From assembly GCA_016212095.1 (NCBI GenBank), contig JACRHH010000015.1, positions 173,702 to 237,701 on the forward strand: a stretch of DNA of 64,000 nucleotides, written 5' to 3'. The notes beneath the pieces were generated by a model. The model was given only the letters and a program-made list of their open reading frames with translations. It ran no database searches and was not told the DNA's origin. Source of the DNA: Nitrospirota bacterium. Its GTDB lineage: Bacteria; Nitrospirota; Thermodesulfovibrionia; SZUA-242. Both the position numbers and the translations under genes were made by a program. The stretch's first letter is position 1, and every line of letters begins with the position of its first letter. Of this stretch, positions 30,949 through 40,319 are shown piece by piece.

Positions 30949-32073
30949 CTACCCAAACACCACATACGCCCCCGCCTTCCTCAGCCGCTCGCCCTTCAGC
31001 CCGGCGTCGCGAAGGTCGCGGACGTGTGAATTGCGCCGCGCCTCGATGATGCGCCTTGCCGACACCGGGCCTATGCCCGGCACGCGCAGAAGTTCCTCCA
31101 TATTCGCGGATTTCAGCCGCACTGGGAAGAACTCCGGATGCCGGTCTGCCCAGACCTGCTTCGGGTCGGCATCCAGCGGCAGGCTTCCGTCAGCCGCGAA
31201 CGAAATATCGCCCGCGCTCCATTTATAGGCGCGAAGCAGGAAATCAACCTGATACAAGCGGTGCTCGCGTGTAAGCAGGTTTTCGCCCTGCGGCGCTTGC
31301 GCCTGTTCGCCCGGCAGTTCCGGCGCTCCAAGGCCGCGCTGATATGCGCTGAAATATACGCGGTCGAGCCGGAGATTGCCGTAAAGTCCGGCGGTTGCCT
31401 TCACGATGTCGGCGTCGGTTTCGTCGGACGCGCCAACGATGAACTGCGTGGTCTGACGCACGCGCGAGAATTTCTCGCCCGGCGCGGTGAGCGAGCTTAT
31501 CAGCTTGAGCGGGCGGACGATGTCGCGGTCGAAGTTCTTGTTTTTCGAGAGTTTTTCGAACGATGACCGCTTCGGAGTCTCCACGTTGATCGACACGGCG
31601 CTTGCAAGCGACACGGCGTTTTCTATGGCGGCGTCCGACGCGCCCGGAATAACCTTCAGATGAATGTAGCCCTTGTAGCGGTATTTGCGCCGGAGAATCG
31701 CGGCAACGGCGTTTATTCTGTCCATCGTGTAGTCGGGGCTGCCGATCACGCCGGAGCTTAAAAATAGCCCGAACACGTTTTTGCCGCGCGCGTATTCGAT
31801 GTATGCGCTTGCAACTTCATCCGGCGAGAGCGTGCATCGGCGCACGTCGCGGTCGGTGCGAAGCGGGCAGTAGAGGCAGTCGTTCACGCATACGTTTGAA
31901 AGCAGCGTTTTCAGCATGATCGACTTTCCGCCGTTTGGCAGCGATGCCGGATAGAGCCAGAGCCCATCGCCCGCGCGCTTGCGATGGTCGTCGGGGTCGC
32001 TCGTGCCGCAGGCGCAGGAGAGGTCGTAGCGCGAGTCGTCGGCCAGAAGTTTCAGTTTTTCGCTGGTGTCCAC
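30949..32073 (-). CDS. Putative DNA modification/repair radical SAM protein with helix-hairpin-helix (TIGR03916/COG4277-like)
   Basis: KL..LAD.SRYD.SC, CVNDCLYC (CxxxCxxC), GLFLSSGV, YIHLKVIPG, REHRLYQ.DFL, LLRVPGIGP HhH. Confidence 0.92.
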   Translation of the reverse strand: MDTSEKLKLLADDSRYDLSCACGTSDPDDHRKRAGDGLWLYPASLPNGGKSIMLKTLLSNVCVNDCLYCPLRTDRDVRRCTLSPDEVASAYIEYARGKNVFGLFLSSGVIGSPDYTMDRINAVAAILRRKYRYKGYIHLKVIPGASDAAIENAVSLASAVSINVETPKRSSFEKLSKNKNFDRDIVRPLKLISSLTAPGEKFSRVRQTTQFIVGASDETDADIVKATAGLYGNLRLDRVYFSAYQRGLGAPELPGEQAQAPQGENLLTREHRLYQVDFLLRAYKWSAGDISFAADGSLPLDADPKQVWADRHPEFFPVRLKSANMEELLRVPGIGPVSARRIIEARRNSHVRDLRDAGLKGERLRKAGAYVVFG

Positions 32074-32211
32074 ATGAAATTATACGAGAGCCGATGCGAT
32101 ATTTTCACGCCCATTCATCGGCTATGACTATTTTACAATTCAACATAACCTATCTCATAATTGCCGGGTCGCTGTTGCTGCACGAGATTGAAAAAGGGAG
32201 AGCCGAAACAT

Positions 32212-33510
32212 ATGGACGCTAAAACGATCGAGATCAAGTCTTACCCTGAGATGTGGGAATCTCTGGGCGTGAATGTTGAGCGGTTTGAAAAGATGCGCTG
32301 CGTTATGGGCGATATGTATTCCAAAACATTTCTCATGCAGGATAAACGTCCGGCGGGAATGGATTATTTCGACTACACCATCTCCGAAATTCATGGAGCC
32401 CGCGTGGCAGAGCTGGTCGAAGCCAAAAAAAGTAAACGGCCTGTTGTGGGCACTTTCTGCGTGTTCGTGCCGGAAGAGATCATCGTGGCGGCAGGCGGCA
32501 TATGCATAGGCCTTTGCGGCGGCTCCCAAGGGCCGGTTCCTGACGCCGAAAGAATCCTTCCCAGGAACATCTGCCCGATGGTCAAGTCTGCCTACGGCTT
32601 CAAGGTGGCAAAGGTCTGCCCGTATTTTCAGGCGGTTGACTTCGTTTACGGCGAAACCACATGCGATGCCAAGAAAAAAACTTGGGAACTGCTCGACCGG
32701 GAGGTTCCCACATATGTCATGGAGATACCCCAGATGAAACGCGAGCGCGACAAGGCGCTATGGCTGGAGGAAGTGAAGGATTTCAAGACAACGATAGAGG
32801 ATAAATCCGGCCACGCCATAAGCGCGGATGACCTTGCAAACGCAATCAGCCTGATAAACGGCAAGCGCAGGGCATTGCAGCGGCTAAACAGGCTGCGCTC
32901 GCATACGCCGGCGCCGATAAGCGGCAAGGACGGCTTATTGATAGAGCAGATCGCGTTCTATGACGATCCGACACGTTTCACGCAAAAGCTGAACGATCTC
33001 TGCGATGAACTTGAGGAGCGCGTAAAAAGCGGCTTTGGCGTTGCGCCTTCATCGTCGCCCAGAATCATGGTTTCCGGAACCCCGATGGCGCTTCCAAACT
33101 GGAAAATACACAATATCGTGGAAACTCTGGGCGGCGTCATCGTCAACGAGGAAAGCTGCATCGGAACACGCTATTTCAAGGATCTGATCGACGAAGAAGG
33201 CGCGGACATGGACAGGATGCTTGCCGACCTTACCGACCGTTACATGAAAATAGACTGCTCATGCTTTACGCCAAACAACGAGCGTATCGATCAGGTCATC
33301 AGAGAATACAAGGAGTCGAATGCGCAAGGCATTCTCCATTACTGCCTCCAGTTCTGCCACACCTACAACATCGAAGCGGTAAGACTGCGCGAGGCCTGCG
33401 AAAAGGAGGGCGTTCCATTTCTTGCCGTCGAGTCGGACTACTCGCCGGAGGATGTCGGACAGCTTCAGACAAGAATCGAGGCGTTCCTCGAACAGATCAG
33501 GGAGGCATAA
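32212..33510 (+). CDS. Double-cubane-cluster-containing reductase (2-hydroxyacyl-CoA dehydratase D family)
   Basis: GTFCVFVPEEI, GLCGG, LPRNICP, CPYF, GETTCDAKKK, EESCIG, CSCFTPN, QFCHTY, ESDYS, TRIEAF; SD gggag, start ATG 32212. Confidence 0.85.
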   Translation: MDAKTIEIKSYPEMWESLGVNVERFEKMRCVMGDMYSKTFLMQDKRPAGMDYFDYTISEIHGARVAELVEAKKSKRPVVGTFCVFVPEEIIVAAGGICIGLCGGSQGPVPDAERILPRNICPMVKSAYGFKVAKVCPYFQAVDFVYGETTCDAKKKTWELLDREVPTYVMEIPQMKRERDKALWLEEVKDFKTTIEDKSGHAISADDLANAISLINGKRRALQRLNRLRSHTPAPISGKDGLLIEQIAFYDDPTRFTQKLNDLCDELEERVKSGFGVAPSSSPRIMVSGTPMALPNWKIHNIVETLGGVIVNEESCIGTRYFKDLIDEEGADMDRMLADLTDRYMKIDCSCFTPNNERIDQVIREYKESNAQGILHYCLQFCHTYNIEAVRLREACEKEGVPFLAVESDYSPEDVGQLQTRIEAFLEQIREA

Positions 33511-33513
33511 TCG

Positions 33514-34263
33514 ATGAAACTCAGGTTTACGAATTCAACGCTTAGCCGTTTGTTTGCGATTATGGTTGTGCTGGCTTTAACCGTAATTTCCGCCTCCGCC
33601 GCCGATTTCCGGGTTATCGACACGGCGCAGCTCAAGGAGATGACCGATTCCAACCAGAAGTTCATGCTCGTTGACGCGCGGACGAAAGAGGAATACGACG
33701 AGGCGCATATCAAAAACGCCGTAAGCCTTCCGGAGAAGGAATTCGAGAAGATGGCCGGGCTTCTTCCAGCCGACAAGTCCGCGCTTATTGTTATGTACTG
33801 CAACGGCGTGAAGTGCGGAAAGAGCAAAAAACTGGCAGCAAAAGCCGCAGCAGCAGGATTCACCAACATCATTCTGTATGGCGAGGGTTTCCCGGTTTGG
33901 GAGGAGAAGGGGATGCCGATCTACGCCGGGCCGGGGTATAGCAAAAAAATCGAGACCACAAAAATGACGCCGGTTGAATTGAAGAAGATGATCGACATCA
34001 ATTCCGGCGATTTCGTGATCGTCGATGTCCGCGACGAGCAGGAATACGCCGAAGGCCATATCCCAGGCGCGGTGAACATCCCGGTCGAGGTGTTCGCCAC
34101 CAAATCCGAAATCCTGCCGAAGGAGAAGAAGATCATCGTCTACTGCAACACCGGCGGCAGAAGTTACAACGCCTACCGGAAGCTGATGAAACTGGGCTAT
34201 GCGAACATCTTTCAGACGCTTTTCGCCGACTGGAAGGAAGCGAAATACGAAGCGGCTAAATAG
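33514..34263 (+). CDS. Exported tandem rhodanese-domain protein
   Basis: Signal peptide (ASA|AD); two DxR..EY...HI..A domains with active-site loops YCNGVKC and YCNTGGRS. Confidence 0.9.
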   Translation: MKLRFTNSTLSRLFAIMVVLALTVISASAADFRVIDTAQLKEMTDSNQKFMLVDARTKEEYDEAHIKNAVSLPEKEFEKMAGLLPADKSALIVMYCNGVKCGKSKKLAAKAAAAGFTNIILYGEGFPVWEEKGMPIYAGPGYSKKIETTKMTPVELKKMIDINSGDFVIVDVRDEQEYAEGHIPGAVNIPVEVFATKSEILPKEKKIIVYCNTGGRSYNAYRKLMKLGYANIFQTLFADWKEAKYEAAK

Positions 34264-34264
34264 T

Positions 34265-35224
34265 TTAAAAGCGGCGCTTGAGGCCGAACGACAGCATGAA
34301 ATCGGGCGCGCCCGCGGTGTTGGGGTCTTCCGTGAAGGACGCCTCCACCGTCGTCCGCCCGTTTACGGCATATGACGCGCCTAAGGCAAGCAGCACCGAA
34401 ACATCGTCGATCTCGCGGATGCCGGTGTTCCTGAGCGGCGATTGCTGGGCCAGCACCTGCGCGTTGAAGGCTGTTTTTGCCGAATATCTCCATTCCATAT
34501 CCGCGCCGCCGTAAACAAAGTTTTGTAAATCAACGGTTTCATGCGCCCGGAACGGGCCGGGGAACGCGTAACCGATATTTGCGGTAAACGCAATATTTTC
34601 CAGCAGTTGCGCATTGACCAGCGCCGCCGCGCCAAAATCCCACGAACCATTGCCGAAGCCGCCGTCCGGGTCGCCGGTCGGTGCTTCGGCAAAGCCGAAA
34701 ATAGCGGCGGATGCGTCGCACGAAAAAATCGTCTTTTTCAGCCCCATGCGGATGTCGCCCAGGCCGGTTCCGCCGGCGCGGCCTTCGATTACGATCTTGC
34801 CGTTTCGCTTGAGGCTGTACAGAAAAGCGTTGTCTGGGCGTGTGCTTCTGCCGTAATCGGGAAATCCGAATGCGCGATGGTATGCGTTCACCGGATTGTC
34901 AAGAACACCGCTGTTGTTGCTGATTGCCGGAATATCGAGGCTTAGCCCCCAACTGTCGGCTATCTTTTTCTCCAGCGCGATTTCGGTTGCAACCGTTTCG
35001 AGGTCTATCATCACATCCCACTCGCGCGATTTCCGCGTCATGTAGGTGCTTGACCATGTCGCGTTCAGCGAAATCGAGTTCTCGCACCCGGCGGACATGA
35101 GCGGCGGCGCGGCAACGCCCTGAAACGGCGGAAAGCCGTTACGGATGTGAAGCGGCTCGGCGGAGGCGGCACTTGCACATGCAATTGCAACCGCAAGAAC
35201 AACCAAGCGGCGGACAATAGTCAT
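34265..35224 (-). CDS. DUF3187-like outer-membrane beta-barrel protein
   Basis: Signal peptide, D.ET, G.LD.....YH..FG.P, GLGD, PTG......GNGSWD, amphipathic strands, C-terminal Phe. Confidence 0.7.
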   Translation of the reverse strand: MTIVRRLVVLAVAIACASAASAEPLHIRNGFPPFQGVAAPPLMSAGCENSISLNATWSSTYMTRKSREWDVMIDLETVATEIALEKKIADSWGLSLDIPAISNNSGVLDNPVNAYHRAFGFPDYGRSTRPDNAFLYSLKRNGKIVIEGRAGGTGLGDIRMGLKKTIFSCDASAAIFGFAEAPTGDPDGGFGNGSWDFGAAALVNAQLLENIAFTANIGYAFPGPFRAHETVDLQNFVYGGADMEWRYSAKTAFNAQVLAQQSPLRNTGIREIDDVSVLLALGASYAVNGRTTVEASFTEDPNTAGAPDFMLSFGLKRRF

Positions 35225-36429
35225 TCAGCCGAACCTCCAAGCAGTTCAATCCTGCCGTATTCGCCGTCGAATCCCGGCGTCACACGCGCCCGGCCCTCGC
35301 GCATTGCGGCTATGGCCTGCGCAATTTCAGGAAATCCGGCGCGATCCAGTTCCACTGGCGGCGTATCGAGCAGAACGGCGAACTCGGTTCCAAACGTTTC
35401 GATCAGCCGGTCGTAAATTCCCGCCACTTTTTTGCTCGACGGCCCCACGCCAACAGCTTCCGAGACGATCTCTGCAAGCGGAACGATGCTGAAATGCGGG
35501 CGGCCTGCCTTCGGCTCGTCCCTGTCCGACAGATCACGCACCCGGTGCAGAACGCCGACAGTGACAGGTTTTCCGCAGACAGGGCAGAGAAAGTCGTGCG
35601 CGCGCGTCTCTGACGGAGTAAAACTTACGCCGCAGGCTCGGTGGCCGTCGTGGTGGTATTTGCCCTCTTCCGGAAAGAATTCTATCGTGGCCTCAAAAGC
35701 GTTTGTGTCGTTTCGGCGCAGGGCGTCGGCGATGGCATCAAATGAGAGTTCGGTATTGAAAATATTCGCCTCGCGGCCAAGCTTGTCGGGCGAATGCGCG
35801 TCGGAGTTCGAAACCAGCGCGAAGCGGTCGAGCGCGGAAACCATGCGGTTCATCGGCGGATCGGACGAAAGGCCCGTCTCGATAGCGCACACATGCGGCA
35901 GAAGATCGCCGAACGCCTCTTCAGGGGAATCGAAGCCCGATCTTGAGCCGAATATCGAGAAATGCGGAGTCCAGGCGTGCGCCGGAATGAACAGCGCATG
36001 ACCGGACGCATCTAAAACAGCCGCGAGAAGGTTTTTCAGATCCATGCCCAATATCGGGCGTCCGTCCGAGGCGAGGTTGCCGATCTTCGAAAGCGCCGCA
36101 TTGATCCGCGAAACCGTATCGAACGATTCGGCAAGAATCAGGCTGTGCGTTTTAAATACCCTGCCGCCGCGCGAAAATATCGTGCTTATCTCGGCTGTCA
36201 GCATGAATCTGGTTTCAATTCCGCTGTTCTTCATGCGAAAAAGGCCCTGCTCCGACGGTTCAAGCAGCGAGCGCAGTTCTTCAAGCCATGCGGGATGGGT
36301 GAAATCGCCGGTTCCAAGCAGGGAAATCCCCTTTTTCGCCGCTACGGCGGCGAGGGTTGGAACGTCCATGCGCCTCGATGTGGCGCGTGAAAAGCGTGAA
36401 TGGATATGGAGGTCGGCTATGAACCGCAC
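35221..36429 (-). CDS. Endonuclease Q family PHP-domain protein
   Basis: ADLHIHSRFSRATS, GTGDFTHP, PAHAWTP, ETGLSSD, NSDAHS, GKYH, CPVCG, GFDGEYG; no fused UvrD domain. Confidence 0.92.
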   Translation of the reverse strand: MRFIADLHIHSRFSRATSRRMDVPTLAAVAAKKGISLLGTGDFTHPAWLEELRSLLEPSEQGLFRMKNSGIETRFMLTAEISTIFSRGGRVFKTHSLILAESFDTVSRINAALSKIGNLASDGRPILGMDLKNLLAAVLDASGHALFIPAHAWTPHFSIFGSRSGFDSPEEAFGDLLPHVCAIETGLSSDPPMNRMVSALDRFALVSNSDAHSPDKLGREANIFNTELSFDAIADALRRNDTNAFEATIEFFPEEGKYHHDGHRACGVSFTPSETRAHDFLCPVCGKPVTVGVLHRVRDLSDRDEPKAGRPHFSIVPLAEIVSEAVGVGPSSKKVAGIYDRLIETFGTEFAVLLDTPPVELDRAGFPEIAQAIAAMREGRARVTPGFDGEYGRIELLGGSAE

Positions 36430-36453
36430 GATAATGCGATGTTATTCTGTAAT

Positions 36454-37875
36454 TCAGCAGGCGCGGTCGAAAACGGCAACAATGTTGCGGCCCCTGACCT
36501 TGGCCTGCAGAAGCGCCTTGTCGGCGCAGGCCACCAGATCGCTTGCCACCTTCATCTTGTCGGACGGGAACGAGGCAAAGCCGATACTGGCCGAAAGTGA
36601 AACCCTTTTCCCGGCGATCATGAACCCATGGTGTTCGACGATATCACGAATTCGTTCAGCCTCCGACAGCGCTCCCTCCGATTCCGACTGCGGCATCAGC
36701 ACGATAAACTCGTCGCCGCCATAACGCGAAACGATGTCGCTCTTGCGGAAATTCCGTTCCAGAACCTTCGCGAACTCAACAAGCGCGCGGTCGCCATGCT
36801 TGTGACCGAACGTGTCGTTTATATCCTTGAAATTGTCGAGGTCGAACATCATGCATGAAAGCGGCTGGCCGTGACGTAGCGAGCGGCTGAACTCCTGCTC
36901 CAGCCGCTTGTTGAAATAGCGGATATTATAGAGTCCGGTAAGCGGATCGGTGAGGGCCAGACGCTGGAGCTTGCGGTTTTCATTGTCGAGCTTCTCGGCC
37001 AGCATCGCCCAGTAGAGCGCCCCGGCGGACGCGTCGGCCACGGAGCGGCTCAGCCTGATATCCGTGTCATCGAAGAAATGACGCGAGCGCGAAGCGCGCA
37101 GGTAAAGCTGGTTCACCGTCTTGTCGCGGTGGGTGATGGGCATGACGAGAATGGATGCTATGTCCTTCGCCGCCAAGACCTCGCGAACCGACTCAACCAC
37201 CGGATCGTGGCTGACATCGCGGATAAACACAGTTTTTTGCTTGGCCGAAGCCTCCCTGATCTCCGGATGCTTGTCAAGGTCGATAACAATGTCGCCGGCG
37301 CCGGTTGTCACCTCATGTGAAACCGCGTCATCGTGACTGCTGACAACAACAGCCCTGCCCTGCCGCTGGTCAACCCGCAGTATCGAACAGCGGTCAACCG
37401 GTATGATATCGGCAAGCTCCTTCACAAGAAACCCCAGGATTCTGCGCGGATCCTGAATTGTTGCCGCGCGCGAGGACATGTCTATCACATGCTCAAGATC
37501 CTGCTGATACCGCAAAAGCTGGTTGTACCGCACCGATTCGCGCAGAACACGCGCTATCCTGGCAAGAAACTCGCCGCGCGAGAACGGGCGTGCGAGAATG
37601 TCGTCGGCTCCGGTTTCCGTGAATACATTGTCGGACACTCCGGCGGAATCGACTATGGCAAGCACTGGAACGGCAGGATGATCCTTAAGTGCGTTCAAGC
37701 ATCCGGCAACGGCATCATCTTCTTCAACGACAAGCAAGTCAAATAGATCGGCAACATGCGGATCAGACGATTCAACACCGCCGTGTAGCGCCACGCGATA
37801 ATCGCTCCCGGCAAGCATATCACGCAGTTCGCCGTGGCGTTCTTCGTTCGAGGCGATGATCTTGATAACGGCCAT
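36454..37875 (-). CDS. Diguanylate cyclase (degenerate REC, GAF, GGDEF)
   Basis: TDPLTGLYN, DLDNFK.IND.FGH, I-site RKSD, RYGGDEF; start moved to ATG 37875. Confidence 0.93.
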   Translation of the reverse strand: MAVIKIIASNEERHGELRDMLAGSDYRVALHGGVESSDPHVADLFDLLVVEEDDAVAGCLNALKDHPAVPVLAIVDSAGVSDNVFTETGADDILARPFSRGEFLARIARVLRESVRYNQLLRYQQDLEHVIDMSSRAATIQDPRRILGFLVKELADIIPVDRCSILRVDQRQGRAVVVSSHDDAVSHEVTTGAGDIVIDLDKHPEIREASAKQKTVFIRDVSHDPVVESVREVLAAKDIASILVMPITHRDKTVNQLYLRASRSRHFFDDTDIRLSRSVADASAGALYWAMLAEKLDNENRKLQRLALTDPLTGLYNIRYFNKRLEQEFSRSLRHGQPLSCMMFDLDNFKDINDTFGHKHGDRALVEFAKVLERNFRKSDIVSRYGGDEFIVLMPQSESEGALSEAERIRDIVEHHGFMIAGKRVSLSASIGFASFPSDKMKVASDLVACADKALLQAKVRGRNIVAVFDRAC

Positions 37876-38024
37876 TAAACCGGAACCATTGTTGACATAC
37901 TTTTGTATGATGCAACATTCATGGTGCGATGTCAAAAAAAATAACAATATTTTGCGACTTTGTAGTGTATTCTTTATGCCGTGGCCGGGCCACGTAAAGA
38001 TTTTACCTGCGGAGCGGTATCGGC

Positions 38025-38846
38025 ATGAAATTTCTTGTGATAGGCGGAACAGGCGTTGCGGGAAGCGCGGCAATAGAAGCGGTGAGAAGACACTTTGCCG
38101 CCGACTCCGACATTACGGCTCTCTGGTATGCGAAACAGCGGGCCGATATGCAGATCAACGGGGCGAATCGCGCCGTTTTCGGCGACATTACCGACGATGC
38201 GTCGCTTGAGGCGATTGCGGATGCCGCCGGTGAAAGTTTCGATTATGTTTTCTTTGCAACAGCTATTGGCGACGTAGGGTTTCCCATTGCTGCGGCCACG
38301 CCGGAACAGATTGCCGCCGCCTGCCGGGTGTCGTTCGATCCGATGGTTCGGCTTGAGCAGCGATTCTCGGTCGGCACAATTGTGGGCTACTCAACCTTCT
38401 ACAATCTGGAGCACCAGAGAATCAACTATGGCGCAATGGGCCACGCCAAGGAAAGGCTTGAGCGATGGGTTATGGAGCTTGGGAATGGATCAACCAACGA
38501 TTCGGCCGGATCGAGGCAGCGCCGCGCTTGCATCAGGGCAGGCGCGTTCGAGTCGGCATCGTCGAAGGCGATAAAGCTTATGCTTCAACGCCGCGCAAAG
38601 GATCTGGCCGCGTCGGGCGATCCGATTCTCGAATCTTTTTTCAACGGTCGAAAACCGTCTGAAGCGGTTCTAATGCTGGAAAGCGCCATTTACGACGAAG
38701 AGCGGCGCGTCTGCGGCGATACGGGAACCACCCGCGATAATCTGGTCGATGCGCATGTCGAGCTTTTCAGAAATCCGGACGCAAGATTCGTGAACGTGTG
38801 CGGCAGGAGAATCTGGCTTAGCGACGAGCCGCAGCTTATCGAATAA
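38025..38846 (+). CDS. Rossmann-fold oxidoreductase, enoyl-ACP/CoA reductase-like
   Basis: N-terminal LVIGGTGVAG; YGAMGHAKERLE resembles FabI YxxMxxAK; IRAGAF. Confidence 0.65.
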   Translation: MKFLVIGGTGVAGSAAIEAVRRHFAADSDITALWYAKQRADMQINGANRAVFGDITDDASLEAIADAAGESFDYVFFATAIGDVGFPIAAATPEQIAAACRVSFDPMVRLEQRFSVGTIVGYSTFYNLEHQRINYGAMGHAKERLERWVMELGNGSTNDSAGSRQRRACIRAGAFESASSKAIKLMLQRRAKDLAASGDPILESFFNGRKPSEAVLMLESAIYDEERRVCGDTGTTRDNLVDAHVELFRNPDARFVNVCGRRIWLSDEPQLIE

Positions 38847-38850
38847 TGAA

Positions 38851-40317
38851 TTAGCGCAAGTCCCCGCCTGTCTCTAAATCAAATATCCGCATGTCCTCAG
38901 CATAGCGGCGCGTCTTGTAGGCGCTCACGCTTAGCATTCGCGAGATAATGTCGTCAACGCGCGTGATCTGCTCCTCCAGCACGCGAAGCTCTTCCTCCGG
39001 GTGTTCGCCCTGCCCGATCCTGCCGCTGATCAGGTCTTTGATATTAAGCAGTATCGCAAGCGGCTGCCTGATCTCGTGAGCCGCCGCAGCCGAAACCTCC
39101 ATCGCGGCCTTGAGCTTTTCACGCGTCGCATCATGCAGGATTCGAAGTTCGCAGAATAATCCGCCCCGCTCCTCGTCGGCAACAAATATGCTTGACACCG
39201 TGAAGTCGCGGTCGCCGATGGCAATCTCGACAGGGTCGGCCAGAAACATGCTTCTGGCGGCAAGCACCGGCTCGCCGGTCGGCAGATGCATATCGCTTCC
39301 AAGGTACGGAGAAATTATCTTCCCGGCCAGACCGGCGTTCGGAAAGTCGTCAACATGCCTGCCCACCACATCGTTTTCATCCAGACCGGCGGCCCTGAGG
39401 AAGACAGGGTTGGCAATCTCTATCCGCCCGCTTGCATCTATCACCGCCATGCCGTCGCGAATGTTCTCGATGATTTTTCTGTCGCGCGCGGTTACCCTCG
39501 ACAGGCGTTCGTTGAGGCGGCGCAGCGCCTCCTCCTGCTGAAGCTTTATGTTGAATCCGGCGCTTATCCTGCCGGAGAAATACCAGACCAGCAGCATCAT
39601 GAAGGCAATCACAATCATGCCGATGGTCGCGTATGAAAGCGCCGTTCGCTTCATCTGGCGCGCGTAAAGGCTGTCGGAATAGCTCATGGGAATCGTGATG
39701 CTTATGCCGCCCCGAATGTCGGCGAATTTGTAGCCCGCACGCTGATGACACTTTAGACAGGATTCGTCAAGCGCGAGTGGAGCCATGTACCGAAAGCTTC
39801 TGGAACCGTTCGGATTTGTGGCGATAGTGGTGGCCTCGGCTTCGCCCTTGCCGAAAAGCCTGAGCGCTTCCTCCTCCCAATCGTCCGGCCTGTTTGCCGG
39901 ATCCAATGAGTTCAGGCTTGTGATATGAAACTGATAGCCGCCCCGAAGGCTTATGATCTCCATGACGCCCTTGGTGATAACGTTAGGATTCACCTTTGCG
40001 TAGCTTTTTCCCATGATGGAGAGCGTATTAACGCCGGGATCGGCCTGTGTGGGGCCGGCCGGGGGCCGGGCCGGTATCTCCAGGTAAAGTCCGCTGTGCC
40101 CGCCGCTCCAGAGGCGGGTTGCCATTATGTGCTGGTAGAACGCCCGCCCAACATCCGCAAGCCCGGCGGTCTGGATATCTTCAAGGCTCTTCTGCTCCCA
40201 TCGCACAAGAATGGAAATCAGAAGCCCAAGCGCCACCAGAAGCGGCAGAACCAATATGGATGCCAGCTTGGCCGTGTGCTTTGGAAACAGCAGCCAGTCT
40301 CTAAGCCTTTCGCGCAC
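38851..40317 (-). CDS. Membrane sensor: DUF3365/Tll0287-like heme-c domain, PAS, HisKA, no HATPase
   Basis: Two TM; TSL....P.N.PD.WE; FRYMAPL...ESCLKCH (CxxCH); GGISI; PAS; AAAHEIRQPL close to the C-terminus. Confidence 0.85.
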   Translation of the reverse strand: MRERLRDWLLFPKHTAKLASILVLPLLVALGLLISILVRWEQKSLEDIQTAGLADVGRAFYQHIMATRLWSGGHSGLYLEIPARPPAGPTQADPGVNTLSIMGKSYAKVNPNVITKGVMEIISLRGGYQFHITSLNSLDPANRPDDWEEEALRLFGKGEAEATTIATNPNGSRSFRYMAPLALDESCLKCHQRAGYKFADIRGGISITIPMSYSDSLYARQMKRTALSYATIGMIVIAFMMLLVWYFSGRISAGFNIKLQQEEALRRLNERLSRVTARDRKIIENIRDGMAVIDASGRIEIANPVFLRAAGLDENDVVGRHVDDFPNAGLAGKIISPYLGSDMHLPTGEPVLAARSMFLADPVEIAIGDRDFTVSSIFVADEERGGLFCELRILHDATREKLKAAMEVSAAAAHEIRQPLAILLNIKDLISGRIGQGEHPEEELRVLEEQITRVDDIISRMLSVSAYKTRRYAEDMRIFDLETGGDLR

Positions 40318-40319
40318 GG

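Noticed and set aside
32120-32150. Possible IscR/Rrf2-type operator upstream of DCCP (atgactattttacaattcaacata)
   Set aside because: The symmetry is too weak to support a call.
32161-32211. N-terminal MPGRCCC extension of the DCCP ORF
   Set aside because: The TTG start coincides with the putative -10 element; the SD supports ATG 32212.
37876-38073. Extended N-terminus of the diguanylate cyclase ORF
   Set aside because: AT-rich divergent promoter region that overlaps the next gene; ATG 37875 is more plausible.
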